Assembly: GCA_043820105.1 (NCBI GenBank)
Contig: JBDREC010000039.1
Coordinates: 1-64,000, forward strand
Length of the DNA: 64,000 bases
Source: Pseudomonadota bacterium
GTDB lineage: Bacteria; Bdellovibrionota_F; JAHFAK01; JBDREC01
Reading direction: 5' to 3'
A model generated the notes under the pieces. The model was given only the letters and a program-made list of their open reading frames with translations. It was not told where the DNA came from and searched no databases. Below, in pieces: positions 18,800 to 28,229 of the stretch. Both the position numbers and the translations under genes were made by a program. Numbering within the stretch: position 1 is the stretch's first letter; every line of letters begins with the position of its first letter.

Positions 18800-20863
18800 T
18801 TATCTTAAATCAACTATATCATTAATTGTTACATCATTAATATTGAGGAAAGTTGGATCTTGGTCGTCATATTTTGAATAACCCCAGTCTATGAAAGTAC
18901 CATCTGTGAACATAAAAGCAGATCCATAAAATTCTGTGATTTCTTTTTCAAAACCAAAGTCAATTGCTTGGCTGATATCACCATATGTTGCTTGAAGATA
19001 GGAATCGCCAAAGTTTCTAAAACTTCCATCTTCAAATTTAACCATAAATACATATCCACCATTTTCAATTTCAATTGCCTTAGTATCTACTGAAAAATCA
19101 ACACTTATTAGATTATCACCCATTTCACCTGCTTCATCACCGATTATTTCGCCTGCTTCAAAAGCTGGATTTAAATGACTAAAGGTATTTCCTCCCCAGC
19201 ATTTTACTTCACCACTATCAAGCACAGCACATGTTCCAAAAACACAGCCAGCAATATCTACAACTTTTTTATTTTCACCAAGATTAATGTATGCTAATAA
19301 ATCGCCCATTTCACCCGCTTCATCGCCTCTGTGATTATTATCTTCATATCCAAGTTGTCCATATCCATTGTGTCCAAAACATTTCAGCTTGCCATTTTCA
19401 AAAATTGCACAAGTGTGACCACCAAAGCCTTTAAGCTTAACAACTTCACTGTCAGAGCCAAGGTCAACTAATTGAGGTGTAGTAATACTGATTTCTGAGC
19501 TTTCAACGCCAACCTGACCAAACTCGTTATAGCCCCAGCACATAACTTCATTCTTGTCCAATACCTTATTATAGGTTAAGGCACAGTTATTCCAGCTAGC
19601 TCCAACTGAGATTGCTTGTCTTGCTTCACCAAGGTCAATAGCTGGAAGCTTATCACCCATTTCACCATCATCATCGCCTCTTGTTTCATAATCACCAAGA
19701 CCGAGTTGACCAAAATCATTCATTCCCCAGCATTTGAGATCGCCATTATCTAAAATTGCACAGCTATTATAAGAAGGAGCATTAATATATAAGGCATATC
19801 TATCTGTTCCTAAATCAATTTCTGAATATTCATAAACAGGATCTGCATTTCCAAGACCTGCTTCACCGTAATTATTTTCACCTTTACAATATGTTTTTTT
19901 ATCAACTGTAGCGCAATTATAGCCAAAGTTTTTAACTTCGATTTTTGATAAAATTGAATCGCCAATTGGCATAATTTCTGACAATTGAATTTTAAGTTTT
20001 GCAATAGATAAGGCACCTTGACCATCTTTAAATTCAAAATTTAGAATTAGCATTGAATCATTATTTAAGTCCACATCTGCCATATTAATTTTAGAACTAA
20101 AAGAACAAAAATTAAATGCATCATCAATGTTAAGGTCAAAGTCAAAACTATTAAAATTATATGCACTTATTTCAATATCATTTAATTTTTTATTTTCATC
20201 TACAGAGTAAGATGTTTTTAAAGATTCTTTAATAAGACATAAATCAGAACCATTTGAGTCTATGGCTTGCAATGCGTTCGGATATAGCTTTATTTCTAAA
20301 ACACCATTTTCTGAATAATTAGTAGCAATTAGATCTTCATTAAAGAAAACATCAGCTGCATCATTGATAAGAACTTCAGTTGAAACATTTGAATCTTGTG
20401 AAATAATTGTTATTTCAAAACCATCTTTATTCCTATTAACTTGAATTTCAACAATCTTTTCTTCTTGAAAGATATCTTCTTCTATTTGAGCTGAACCTAG
20501 CTCTTTTTCGCCATCTTGTAATGTTGCACTAAAAGTAGTTTTTCCATAAGGAACTTGAAAATCTGTACTAACTTCTGAACTTTCATCAGAAATATCTTCT
20601 ATAATAGCAGAATCCTCATATTTTTCATTTTTAACTTCAATAATTAAATCAAAACTTTCAATAATTTCAGATCCACTATTAAATGTAGTAATCATTTTAA
20701 CCTTTGAAACAGCATTTTTTTCATTTTGATCATTCACTTCTTTATTTCCTGAATCTAAACAAGAGTTTAAAATCATTGAAAATACAGTAATAATGATAAT
20801 TGGTAAAATTGAACTGATTTTTTTTAGGTTTAAATACCTTTGGTTTGTACTTTTCTTCATCAT
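18800..20863 (-). CDS. RCC1-repeat lipoprotein
   Basis: Lipobox ILNSC; repeated KCWGxNxxGQLG and RGDxxGEMGDxL units. Confidence 0.85.
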   Translation of the reverse strand: MMKKSTNQRYLNLKKISSILPIIIITVFSMILNSCLDSGNKEVNDQNEKNAVSKVKMITTFNSGSEIIESFDLIIEVKNEKYEDSAIIEDISDESSEVSTDFQVPYGKTTFSATLQDGEKELGSAQIEEDIFQEEKIVEIQVNRNKDGFEITIISQDSNVSTEVLINDAADVFFNEDLIATNYSENGVLEIKLYPNALQAIDSNGSDLCLIKESLKTSYSVDENKKLNDIEISAYNFNSFDFDLNIDDAFNFCSFSSKINMADVDLNNDSMLILNFEFKDGQGALSIAKLKIQLSEIMPIGDSILSKIEVKNFGYNCATVDKKTYCKGENNYGEAGLGNADPVYEYSEIDLGTDRYALYINAPSYNSCAILDNGDLKCWGMNDFGQLGLGDYETRGDDDGEMGDKLPAIDLGEARQAISVGASWNNCALTYNKVLDKNEVMCWGYNEFGQVGVESSEISITTPQLVDLGSDSEVVKLKGFGGHTCAIFENGKLKCFGHNGYGQLGYEDNNHRGDEAGEMGDLLAYINLGENKKVVDIAGCVFGTCAVLDSGEVKCWGGNTFSHLNPAFEAGEIIGDEAGEMGDNLISVDFSVDTKAIEIENGGYVFMVKFEDGSFRNFGDSYLQATYGDISQAIDFGFEKEITEFYGSAFMFTDGTFIDWGYSKYDDQDPTFLNINDVTINDIVDLR

Positions 20864-20907
20864 GTTCCTCCTTGAAATTTAATGCTGCAAACTTGTTAAT
20901 TATATAT

Positions 20908-20923
20908 AGCGAGCTTTGTGCCA
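20908..20923 (-). promoter_or_regulatory. sigma54 promoter
   Basis: Minus strand TGGCACAAAGCTCGCT (GG-N10-GC), about 45 bp upstream of the RCC1 gene. Confidence 0.6.
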
Positions 20924-21072
20924 AAAAAGGTGTCGCATTTTATGCTAAAATTATAGTCACTTACGATTTTTAATTATATTAAAAATGAAAGAATCTGGCT
21001 TTTTGTAAAAATTATTTTAAATTCGTAAAGAACTAGAATTAACAAATTGGTTTTATGCATTTTGAAGGGGAA

Positions 21073-21107
21073 ATTTTGGATTTTGAATTTTGGATTTTGG
21101 ATTATAA
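21073..21107. repeat. Heptamer tandem (ATTTTGG/A)x~5
   Basis: attttgg attttga attttgg attttgg attataa. Confidence 0.75.
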
Positions 21108-21656
21108 ATTCAGAATGGGTCCAATTCATTTTAAAAATTGTTATTGAGATTAAGAGCAGACTTAAGAAAAAAAAACAAGACGACCTTGCAAGTATCATAT
21201 TTCTAAGTAAAAGAGTTGTTAAGCTTCATATATTACTGATAATATTGGGAACTTCCCTTTAAACATAGAGTTGGGAAATTAATTTATTTTCTAAGCTAGC
21301 TTACTTAGGCCTTTTCTTATTATATCAATTTCAGATATTTTTAGTTTGGCCTTTAAATATTTTTTTAAGCATCATTGAATCCTATAATTAAACATAAAAA
21401 TATTATATCACATGTTTTTTATTATGTAACTACATAAAATAATGAAATTAAATTAAATTCTATAAAATCAATAGAATAATATGGTCTTCTATTTTTGTGG
21501 TTTGTTGTATTCAGGCTTTTTGTTGATAGCTTGGACTCTAACAATCAAGAACGCAGCCTTTAGCATGATAGACAATAATGTCTGTTTTTAGTTTATTACA
21601 CTAAAACCAGCGATGTAACTGATTGAACATATTACAATAAAACAATTGCCAAGCTT

Positions 21657-21672
21657 TGGTACACCTTTTGCT
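21657..21672 (+). promoter_or_regulatory. sigma54 promoter
   Basis: TGGTACACCTTTTGCT (GG-N10-GC) upstream of the protease gene. Confidence 0.7.
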
Positions 21673-21719
21673 ATATTAAATTAATGAAAGACTTGCTTTG
21701 GAATCAAGGAGGGTAAAAC

Positions 21720-23699
21720 ATGAAAAATATCATTCTTATTACTATTTTTTGCCTACTAATTGGGTGTACTTCTGAAGGCTATCGAGAATTCTTACAAAAT
21801 GCTAATGGAAATGAAGACCAATCAGATAGTGAACTTGATTTTGATAAAGACTTTAGCTTAATGGAATTTGAAACAAGATCCAGTACTTTTTCAGAATCAT
21901 CTTTTCTTTTAAATAAGGAAAATTTTGATATTTATTCTTCAGAAGATGTTATATTTAGTAAGCAAAAAAAGGCAGAACCTGAAATTCGTACTACACGAAA
22001 ACATGCAGGCTATTATTTATCTGATCAAAAATATGAAAATAGTTATAAATTTAAAGAAGCTGATTTCTATAGTGATATGCTTACCTGTTCAGATGTTCAT
22101 GATGAAGAATCAGTAATTACTAAACTAAGTATTGAAGAAATTAGCTCAGGAAAATTTAATAAAGCTAATATGTCATGTTCAACTTTTGATTTTGAAGATG
22201 GAAGTATCAATAATAATCAAGAGTTAAGTTCTGACTATTTTTTTAATATGAACAATTCAGGGGATAACTATTATTCTGAGTTTCCTGATGGATATGTTAC
22301 TGCAATTAAGTTTTTTTTCTCATACACAGGGATTGTGGATTTCCAGCTAATGGGAACAAGTGCAGAGAGGGTTCTTGGTCAAAACACTCATAATGACAGT
22401 GGATACCTGGCAACAGGTAGAGGTGTTGATTATAGAAGTACTTATTATACTCCTACTTGTGCTCTAGGATCAGTGATGACAGGTTTACAATTTGGCTATA
22501 GAACCAATAATAATTCAACAAAAGCCAATATTACAGAAATTTATTGGGAGTGTACTTTTTTAGGTTATGCTGGAACACGAATTCGAGTTTCAGATACTAA
22601 AGAGTTTCCTTTTAATACAATTGCAAGGGTTCATAAAGAGCACTTTGCAGGTACAGCATCACTTATTAGTCCATACGCTGCATTAACAAATGCTCATGTT
22701 GTATACAGCAGAGGAAACGGGAAATACCATACAGAATTACTCATTAAACCTGCTATGACTAAAGTGGGTAATTATTTACTTAATCCCTATGGTGTACGAA
22801 CCTCTTTGTATTCAAAGACAAATGATAAATGGGTTGATTCTGAAACAAATGCAGAAGAGGTTGATTATGGAGCTTTATTGTTCGCATGTGCATTTGAAGA
22901 AATTTCAACATATATGCCCCTTGTTTTTGACTCTGACCCAAACTATATCCATCTTTCGGGGTATCCAGTTGAGGAGGTTTCAGATGAATATTATCAATAT
23001 TACAGTGAAGGCGATGTCATTATAAAAGAAGAAAGATTAATTTATTACAATGCTGTTTCCAGTGGAGGTGCCAGTGGATCACCTGTATGGCTTGAGCAAA
23101 ATAGAACCAAGCAAAGAATCGTTGCTGTAAATAGAGGTTCTAATGATATTCACGGCGGACAAGGGGTAAGACTAACTTGGCAAAATGAAGATCTGATTTT
23201 ATCCTGGATGGAATGGCAACCGACTTTTGCTGAAAAACTCTCCCAGGATTGCCCTCAAAAACCTGTGCATATTACAAATTGGGAAGAATTAAAAAAGCTG
23301 TTTGTAACTACACATAAAGATAAATTAATTTCAAGCGATGATTTAAAGCTTGGAAAATTATCTGACACTAGTGGTGCAACTTCACACGTTAAGGTTGCTC
23401 AATACATTGAAAATAATTTATATGTTTGGGAAGAATATACATTTAAAAATAATGATAATGACGATAAAATTTTTGTAAAAATGCTTAAGCCAGAAAAAAA
23501 GATTTTGGAAACAGAAGAAGCTCGCGTTTTACTTTCAGCTTCCAGACAATGGATTGACCAAAAACCAAGTGGCGAGCATGCTTTGCTTGAAGAAATTGAT
23601 GAAAAAGAAGAGTTTAAAGCTTTTCAGGTGCAAATGAATTATGGTTTTTTAAGTAAATCTCTTGAAAAGGATTCTTTAATTGATGAAGAGGCGGATTAA
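21720..23699 (+). CDS. Lipoprotein with a trypsin-like (V8/glutamyl endopeptidase-like) serine protease domain
   Basis: Lipobox LLIGC; triad motifs ALTNAHVV (His), DYGAL (Asp), GASGSPV (Ser); AAGGAGG SD. Confidence 0.82.
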   Translation: MKNIILITIFCLLIGCTSEGYREFLQNANGNEDQSDSELDFDKDFSLMEFETRSSTFSESSFLLNKENFDIYSSEDVIFSKQKKAEPEIRTTRKHAGYYLSDQKYENSYKFKEADFYSDMLTCSDVHDEESVITKLSIEEISSGKFNKANMSCSTFDFEDGSINNNQELSSDYFFNMNNSGDNYYSEFPDGYVTAIKFFFSYTGIVDFQLMGTSAERVLGQNTHNDSGYLATGRGVDYRSTYYTPTCALGSVMTGLQFGYRTNNNSTKANITEIYWECTFLGYAGTRIRVSDTKEFPFNTIARVHKEHFAGTASLISPYAALTNAHVVYSRGNGKYHTELLIKPAMTKVGNYLLNPYGVRTSLYSKTNDKWVDSETNAEEVDYGALLFACAFEEISTYMPLVFDSDPNYIHLSGYPVEEVSDEYYQYYSEGDVIIKEERLIYYNAVSSGGASGSPVWLEQNRTKQRIVAVNRGSNDIHGGQGVRLTWQNEDLILSWMEWQPTFAEKLSQDCPQKPVHITNWEELKKLFVTTHKDKLISSDDLKLGKLSDTSGATSHVKVAQYIENNLYVWEEYTFKNNDNDDKIFVKMLKPEKKILETEEARVLLSASRQWIDQKPSGEHALLEEIDEKEEFKAFQVQMNYGFLSKSLEKDSLIDEEAD

Positions 23700-23759
23700 T
23701 TGCAAAAAAAATTAATCCTCGGAAAAAACACAAGACGAACGTTTTAATATTATTATTTT

Positions 23760-24746
23760 TTAATCAAGATTACCAACACCTAGTCTTGAACCATTGTCAG
23801 ATAGGGCAATGTCAGCAATGGCAGCAACAATAATTTTCTTCAATTCCTGAATGCTTGATTCATTATCTTCATCTCTCATTTCTTCACCAACATGCTCAAA
23901 AAAATCAAACACAATTTCATAAACAACGGAAGAAGTTGTTGCCATGTATCTAGAAACAGGCTTTGAATGATCCCTTAGCATCAACTGACTTGATAAAAGG
24001 GCTCTTGGCCAGTAGTGGTATTCTTTTTGTTGTGAAACTTTCTCTATATGCTGAACAGGTACATTTCTAATATTTGGAAATCTTTGAGAAAGGATTCCAG
24101 CCAGATAATCAGTTCCATCCCATTTCTTTAAAATTTCTATCATTTCTGAATTTGCAGAAGCTATTTCTAATTGTGATATGATTTGACCTAAACCACCATG
24201 GCTTGCATTTGGAATTGAACTAATGAAAATTGCCAAAGCAAGGTTATTTTCAGTTGCGTCCATAATAAGATCAAAAACAGACTCAATCATTATTTCTTCT
24301 TCTGTTCCTAGGACATCTGCAATAATTGCATCAAGTCTTTTTAGTGCTGGCAGATATTCATTACTATTATTAATGAGTTCATTAATAATAAAATTAACAG
24401 TCATTGTACAACCCGCTGCAATTTTTGAAGGATTGCTTTTTAATGGACAAAATGGAGATGCAACTTCCATAACATCCTTAACAAGTTTTTTGCAACCAAA
24501 CTCCACACTTCCAATACCTACATTTATAGGACAAAATAAAAATAATAATTTTTCAACGTAATCAAAAATATTTTTATAAACAGGAATATCAACTTCTTCT
24601 TCAAGGGAGGCGCTTTCTTTTTTGATAACTCCTTGGCTATCTTTATGTGGTAAAATTAGATCTTGCTCACCTGGCTCTTGTGCCATAATGAAATTTGGGA
24701 AGGCAAAAATAGAGAAAATGACAATACATAATAGAAACCTTTTCAT
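23760..24746 (-). CDS. Hypothetical exported protein
   Basis: Signal peptide MKRFLLCIVIFSIFAFPNFIMA; AAGGAG SD; no family recognised. Confidence 0.7.
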   Translation of the reverse strand: MKRFLLCIVIFSIFAFPNFIMAQEPGEQDLILPHKDSQGVIKKESASLEEEVDIPVYKNIFDYVEKLLFLFCPINVGIGSVEFGCKKLVKDVMEVASPFCPLKSNPSKIAAGCTMTVNFIINELINNSNEYLPALKRLDAIIADVLGTEEEIMIESVFDLIMDATENNLALAIFISSIPNASHGGLGQIISQLEIASANSEMIEILKKWDGTDYLAGILSQRFPNIRNVPVQHIEKVSQQKEYHYWPRALLSSQLMLRDHSKPVSRYMATTSSVVYEIVFDFFEHVGEEMRDEDNESSIQELKKIIVAAIADIALSDNGSRLGVGNLD

Positions 24747-24854
24747 AGCTAACTCCTTATCAATTTATACTGTTTCTAATGTTTATTGTGATATCCCTTG
24801 TTTGAGCCATTGAATGTAAAAAACACAAAGCTTTTACAGATATTAGTATAAATT

Positions 24855-24870
24855 TGCAAAGAGTGTGCCA
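24855..24870 (-). promoter_or_regulatory. sigma54 promoter
   Basis: Minus strand TGGCACACTCTTTGCA. Confidence 0.75.
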
Positions 24871-25023
24871 CTGCTTGCTAGGCGTAACATATCTTTAAAA
24901 AACAGGCACTTGTAATGCCTTGCGGTTTTTTTTGTTTTTTGTCTGTGTGCTGATTTTTTCCAATTGACGAAGCATGATAAACTCAGTACGACAAAGAGAA
25001 GTCTTATTTTAATTGGGAGAAAA

Positions 25024-26370
25024 ATGCTAAATAGGATTTTTAATTTCTATAAAACAGGTGAAAACAAGCCTTTATTTTCTGATGATCAAAATAAAATTAA
25101 AAAGGTTTATGAGCAAAAACGCTTAAGCGTTTTTCTTACTATTACAATTGGTTATGGTCTTTTCTATCTTTGTCGCCTTAGTTTTTCTGTGGTCAAAAAG
25201 CCCCTGCTTGACGCAGGAATCATGAATGCTGAAGAAATGGGAATTATTGGATCCGGGCTTTTTATAAGCTATGCCGTGGGAAAACTGCTTAACGGATTTC
25301 TGGCAGACAGAAGTGATATTCGAAAGTTTATGTCAACTGGCTTAATGATTTCAGCGATTATGAATTTACTGCTTGGGTTGACAACATATTTTTGGTTCTT
25401 TTTAATAATTTGGATAATTAATGGCTGGTTTCAATCAATGGGCTCTGCTCCTAGTGTTGTTTCTATTTCTCACTGGTTTAGTAATAAAGAAAGAGGAACC
25501 CGTTATGGTATCTGGAGCATCGGGCATAGCCTTGGAGAGGGTTTAACCTTTATAGGAACAGCCACCCTCGTGTCATTGCTGGGCTGGAGATTCGGTTTTA
25601 TTGGGCCAGGCCTTGTTTGCATTATTGTGGCTTTACTGATGCTGCTTTTTCATGCGGATAGACCACAAACCTACGGATTGCCACACATTTCTGATTATAA
25701 AAAGGATTACAGCGCGCTATCATCTGGGAAAAAATCAACAGGAAAACTTCAATTAGAAGTTTTAAAAAATCCATATATCATTATTTTGGGATTTTCTTCT
25801 GCCCTTATGTATGTCGCGCGATATGCTATTAATAATTGGGCTATTTTGTACATGCAGGAAGCAAAAGGTTATGAGCTTATAGCCGCTGGCTCTATTCTAT
25901 CCGCCTATCCAATTATGGGTCTGCTTGGAGCAGCTTCCTCTGGGTGGATTTCGGATAAATTCTTTAATTCAAAAAGAAACATTCCAACTTTACTTTATGG
26001 CCTTTTGCAAGTTTCAACTCTGATAATGTTTTTTATAATTCCCCCAGGGTATCAATATCTTGATATGATCGCATTGTCATTCTTTGGCTTTGCCCTTGGC
26101 GGGCAATTGGTTTTTATCGGGGGTCTGATAGCAGTCGATATTTCTTCGAAAAAAGCAGCTGGAGCAGCCATGGGTGTAATCGGAGTGTTTAGTTATATAG
26201 GAGCTGCAATCCAAGACTGGATCAGTGGACATTTAATACATGCAAGCAAAATTATAATAAATGGAAAAGATGTATATAATTTTGACAGCGCATTTTACTT
26301 TTGGATAGGAGCATCTATTGTTTCTTTGATTCTTGCCTGTTGTGTTTGGAACGCAAAGGCTAAAGAATAG
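25024..26370 (+). CDS. MFS transporter, OPA (GlpT/UhpC) family
   Basis: YLCRLSFS, YAVGKLLNGFLADR, NGWFQSMG, ERGTRYGIWS; about 12 TM helices; ATG 25024 after GGGAGA. Confidence 0.88.
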   Translation: MLNRIFNFYKTGENKPLFSDDQNKIKKVYEQKRLSVFLTITIGYGLFYLCRLSFSVVKKPLLDAGIMNAEEMGIIGSGLFISYAVGKLLNGFLADRSDIRKFMSTGLMISAIMNLLLGLTTYFWFFLIIWIINGWFQSMGSAPSVVSISHWFSNKERGTRYGIWSIGHSLGEGLTFIGTATLVSLLGWRFGFIGPGLVCIIVALLMLLFHADRPQTYGLPHISDYKKDYSALSSGKKSTGKLQLEVLKNPYIIILGFSSALMYVARYAINNWAILYMQEAKGYELIAAGSILSAYPIMGLLGAASSGWISDKFFNSKRNIPTLLYGLLQVSTLIMFFIIPPGYQYLDMIALSFFGFALGGQLVFIGGLIAVDISSKKAAGAAMGVIGVFSYIGAAIQDWISGHLIHASKIIINGKDVYNFDSAFYFWIGASIVSLILACCVWNAKAKE

Positions 26371-26454
26371 CTTGTAACGTGCGGCGTACAGAGCACAGCG
26401 TACGGCGTGGGGGAGGGGAAGATACAAGACGAATATTTATCCCATCCTTGCTGA

Positions 26455-27837
26455 CTACAGCAAAGAAAGCCATTTTTTCATTTGATCAAGCGCTAGATTT
26501 CGAGCTTCTTTTGTTTCTTTTGAATCAAAAATATTTGCCTTTTGATAGTCAGAGGCATGGATTCCATTTTTGATAATAAAGAGTTTTAGACTGGAATTAA
26601 TGTTAAAATCTTCTTCATTAATGCCAAGAGCTGTCCACGGATCATTAGTTCCATTTATAAATAATATATTTGCATCTTCTGCTTCCAGGATACTTTGATA
26701 ATAAACTTTATTAAAAGAAACAGTGTCAACTGGTTCAGAAATTCCAAATAAATCATAGCATACATCTTGATAATAATTTAAGTTATTATATTTTGATTTT
26801 GACCTTTTAGAATCAAAACTACTGGGAATATAAAAATATGCATATTCAGTGCAGCATTGATAAAACCAGGCTCTGGATCCAACAAAATTTTCATAAATTT
26901 GAGGATTTGGATCACTTGCATTAACTAGATATTGAATATCCATATTAAAACTCATTAATTTCAGTAATATTCTTGTAAGTTCCAGCAATCTTTTAAAGGC
27001 TTTCAATTGATTCTTAGCTGAAAAAGTGGAGCAAAGTAAACCTGTTTGGCCAAGCTGAAAAAGTGTGCTATTAACTGTTGAAACAAACTCAAGCAAATCA
27101 AGGGGAGTTTCTATTTTATCTAGTTTAAGCTCTGCTGTTATGTTTCTAAATCCTGCTTCTGTTTCTATTTCTTCTTCAAGAAATGAAATAAAAAAAAGAA
27201 TATCTTCCTGGCAAGACGACCCTATAATTTCAGTCATAATTTCATCATATTCAATGAAATCTGTTTTAGCCTTCACAGGTGCCGAAGAGGCTATTGCTCC
27301 AACAACCTTTTCAGGATACAATGCCCTATAGTAAGCCGCCAGGTTTCCTGCATATGAAGCCCCAAAAGCAATCCATTTTCCTTTGATCTTTTGCGTTTCA
27401 GAAATGTAATCTTGAGCAGCAGCCAAATCCTTTAAAGCTTGTTCAGTATTAAGATATTGCAGGCTATTTAAATCCAAAATTCCATAAGGAATGCTTTTCC
27501 CATAATGTCTATGCTCAAGAGCCACTACATAAGCTTTTAGCTTTTTGGCATAATAAGAAGCAGAAGACATTTTGATAGCCTTTTTATTGCAAACCATCTC
27601 TCCACCAATCAAATAAATAACAGGCGAATTTTCAGATTCAGCGTATGTTTTATCAATATAATATCTTTGACTGAAAACATCTCTTTTAAAAGAATTATGA
27701 TCTATTTGTTGATCCATTTTATATTCTACTATTTTTTGAGGAAAAGTCAGGGCATAAAAGGGAAGTACGATAATAAAATTCAAAATGATAAAAATCATTA
27801 GATAGTTGTTATTTCGTTTTTCATTCATTGTTTTCAA
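26455..27837 (-). CDS. Peptidase S28 family (prolyl carboxypeptidase-like), exported
   Basis: QQIDH, FSQRYY, LEHRHYGKS, EQALKDLA, FGASYAGNLA, ASSAPV, NGTNDPW, HASD. Confidence 0.9.
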   Translation of the reverse strand: MKTMNEKRNNNYLMIFIILNFIIVLPFYALTFPQKIVEYKMDQQIDHNSFKRDVFSQRYYIDKTYAESENSPVIYLIGGEMVCNKKAIKMSSASYYAKKLKAYVVALEHRHYGKSIPYGILDLNSLQYLNTEQALKDLAAAQDYISETQKIKGKWIAFGASYAGNLAAYYRALYPEKVVGAIASSAPVKAKTDFIEYDEIMTEIIGSSCQEDILFFISFLEEEIETEAGFRNITAELKLDKIETPLDLLEFVSTVNSTLFQLGQTGLLCSTFSAKNQLKAFKRLLELTRILLKLMSFNMDIQYLVNASDPNPQIYENFVGSRAWFYQCCTEYAYFYIPSSFDSKRSKSKYNNLNYYQDVCYDLFGISEPVDTVSFNKVYYQSILEAEDANILFINGTNDPWTALGINEEDFNINSSLKLFIIKNGIHASDYQKANIFDSKETKEARNLALDQMKKWLSLL

Positions 27838-27952
27838 GGTTATTCTCCTCTGTTATAAATATTAATATTTGTATGATTAGTTTAGAATGCCCTAAAATTG
27901 GTTTGTTCATCATTGCAAAAAAGATTACAAAGTAATGAGACCTGTTTTTGTT

Positions 27953-27968
27953 TGCAAAGAATATGCCG
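27953..27968 (-). promoter_or_regulatory. sigma54 promoter
   Basis: Minus strand CGGCATATTCTTTGCA upstream of the S28 peptidase gene. Confidence 0.6.
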
Positions 27969-28229
27969 CAGTAAAATGTTGAAGCAAGCGAATAACATTA
28001 AGGGCTTAAAATAATATTGCCTTTTGTTTTGTGATTATAATGGTGTAAAAAGAGGCTTTTTAGAGTCAAAATATCTCCAGGAGATTTATGACAGACATAG
28101 CATTCATGCATTGAAAAGATTATATTGATTTATAATTATTATAGATTAACTTAAAGGTAAGGCAGATAAAAATTAATTTATAATGATATATGCATAAAAA
28201 GTGTTTATAATATTAGAGAAAGGTTTTTA

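Noticed and set aside
20974-21262. ORFs of 74 aa (-) and 71 aa (+)
   Set aside because: Their sequences (IQNPKFKIQN, FWILNFGFWI) are translations of the ATTTTGG heptamer array and are probably spurious.
26379-26573. 64-aa ORF MRRTEHSVRRGGG
   Set aside because: Starts in a CGTACAG repeat and runs antisense to the S28 peptidase gene.
27212-27223. CAAGACGACCCT match to the RAYT-flanking motif
   Set aside because: Lies inside the S28 peptidase CDS and lacks the A-tract context; treated as chance.
28065-28114. Hairpin around ATCTCC-A-GGAGAT with a tiny ORF MTDIAFMH
   Set aside because: Too short to support a leader peptide or RNA call.
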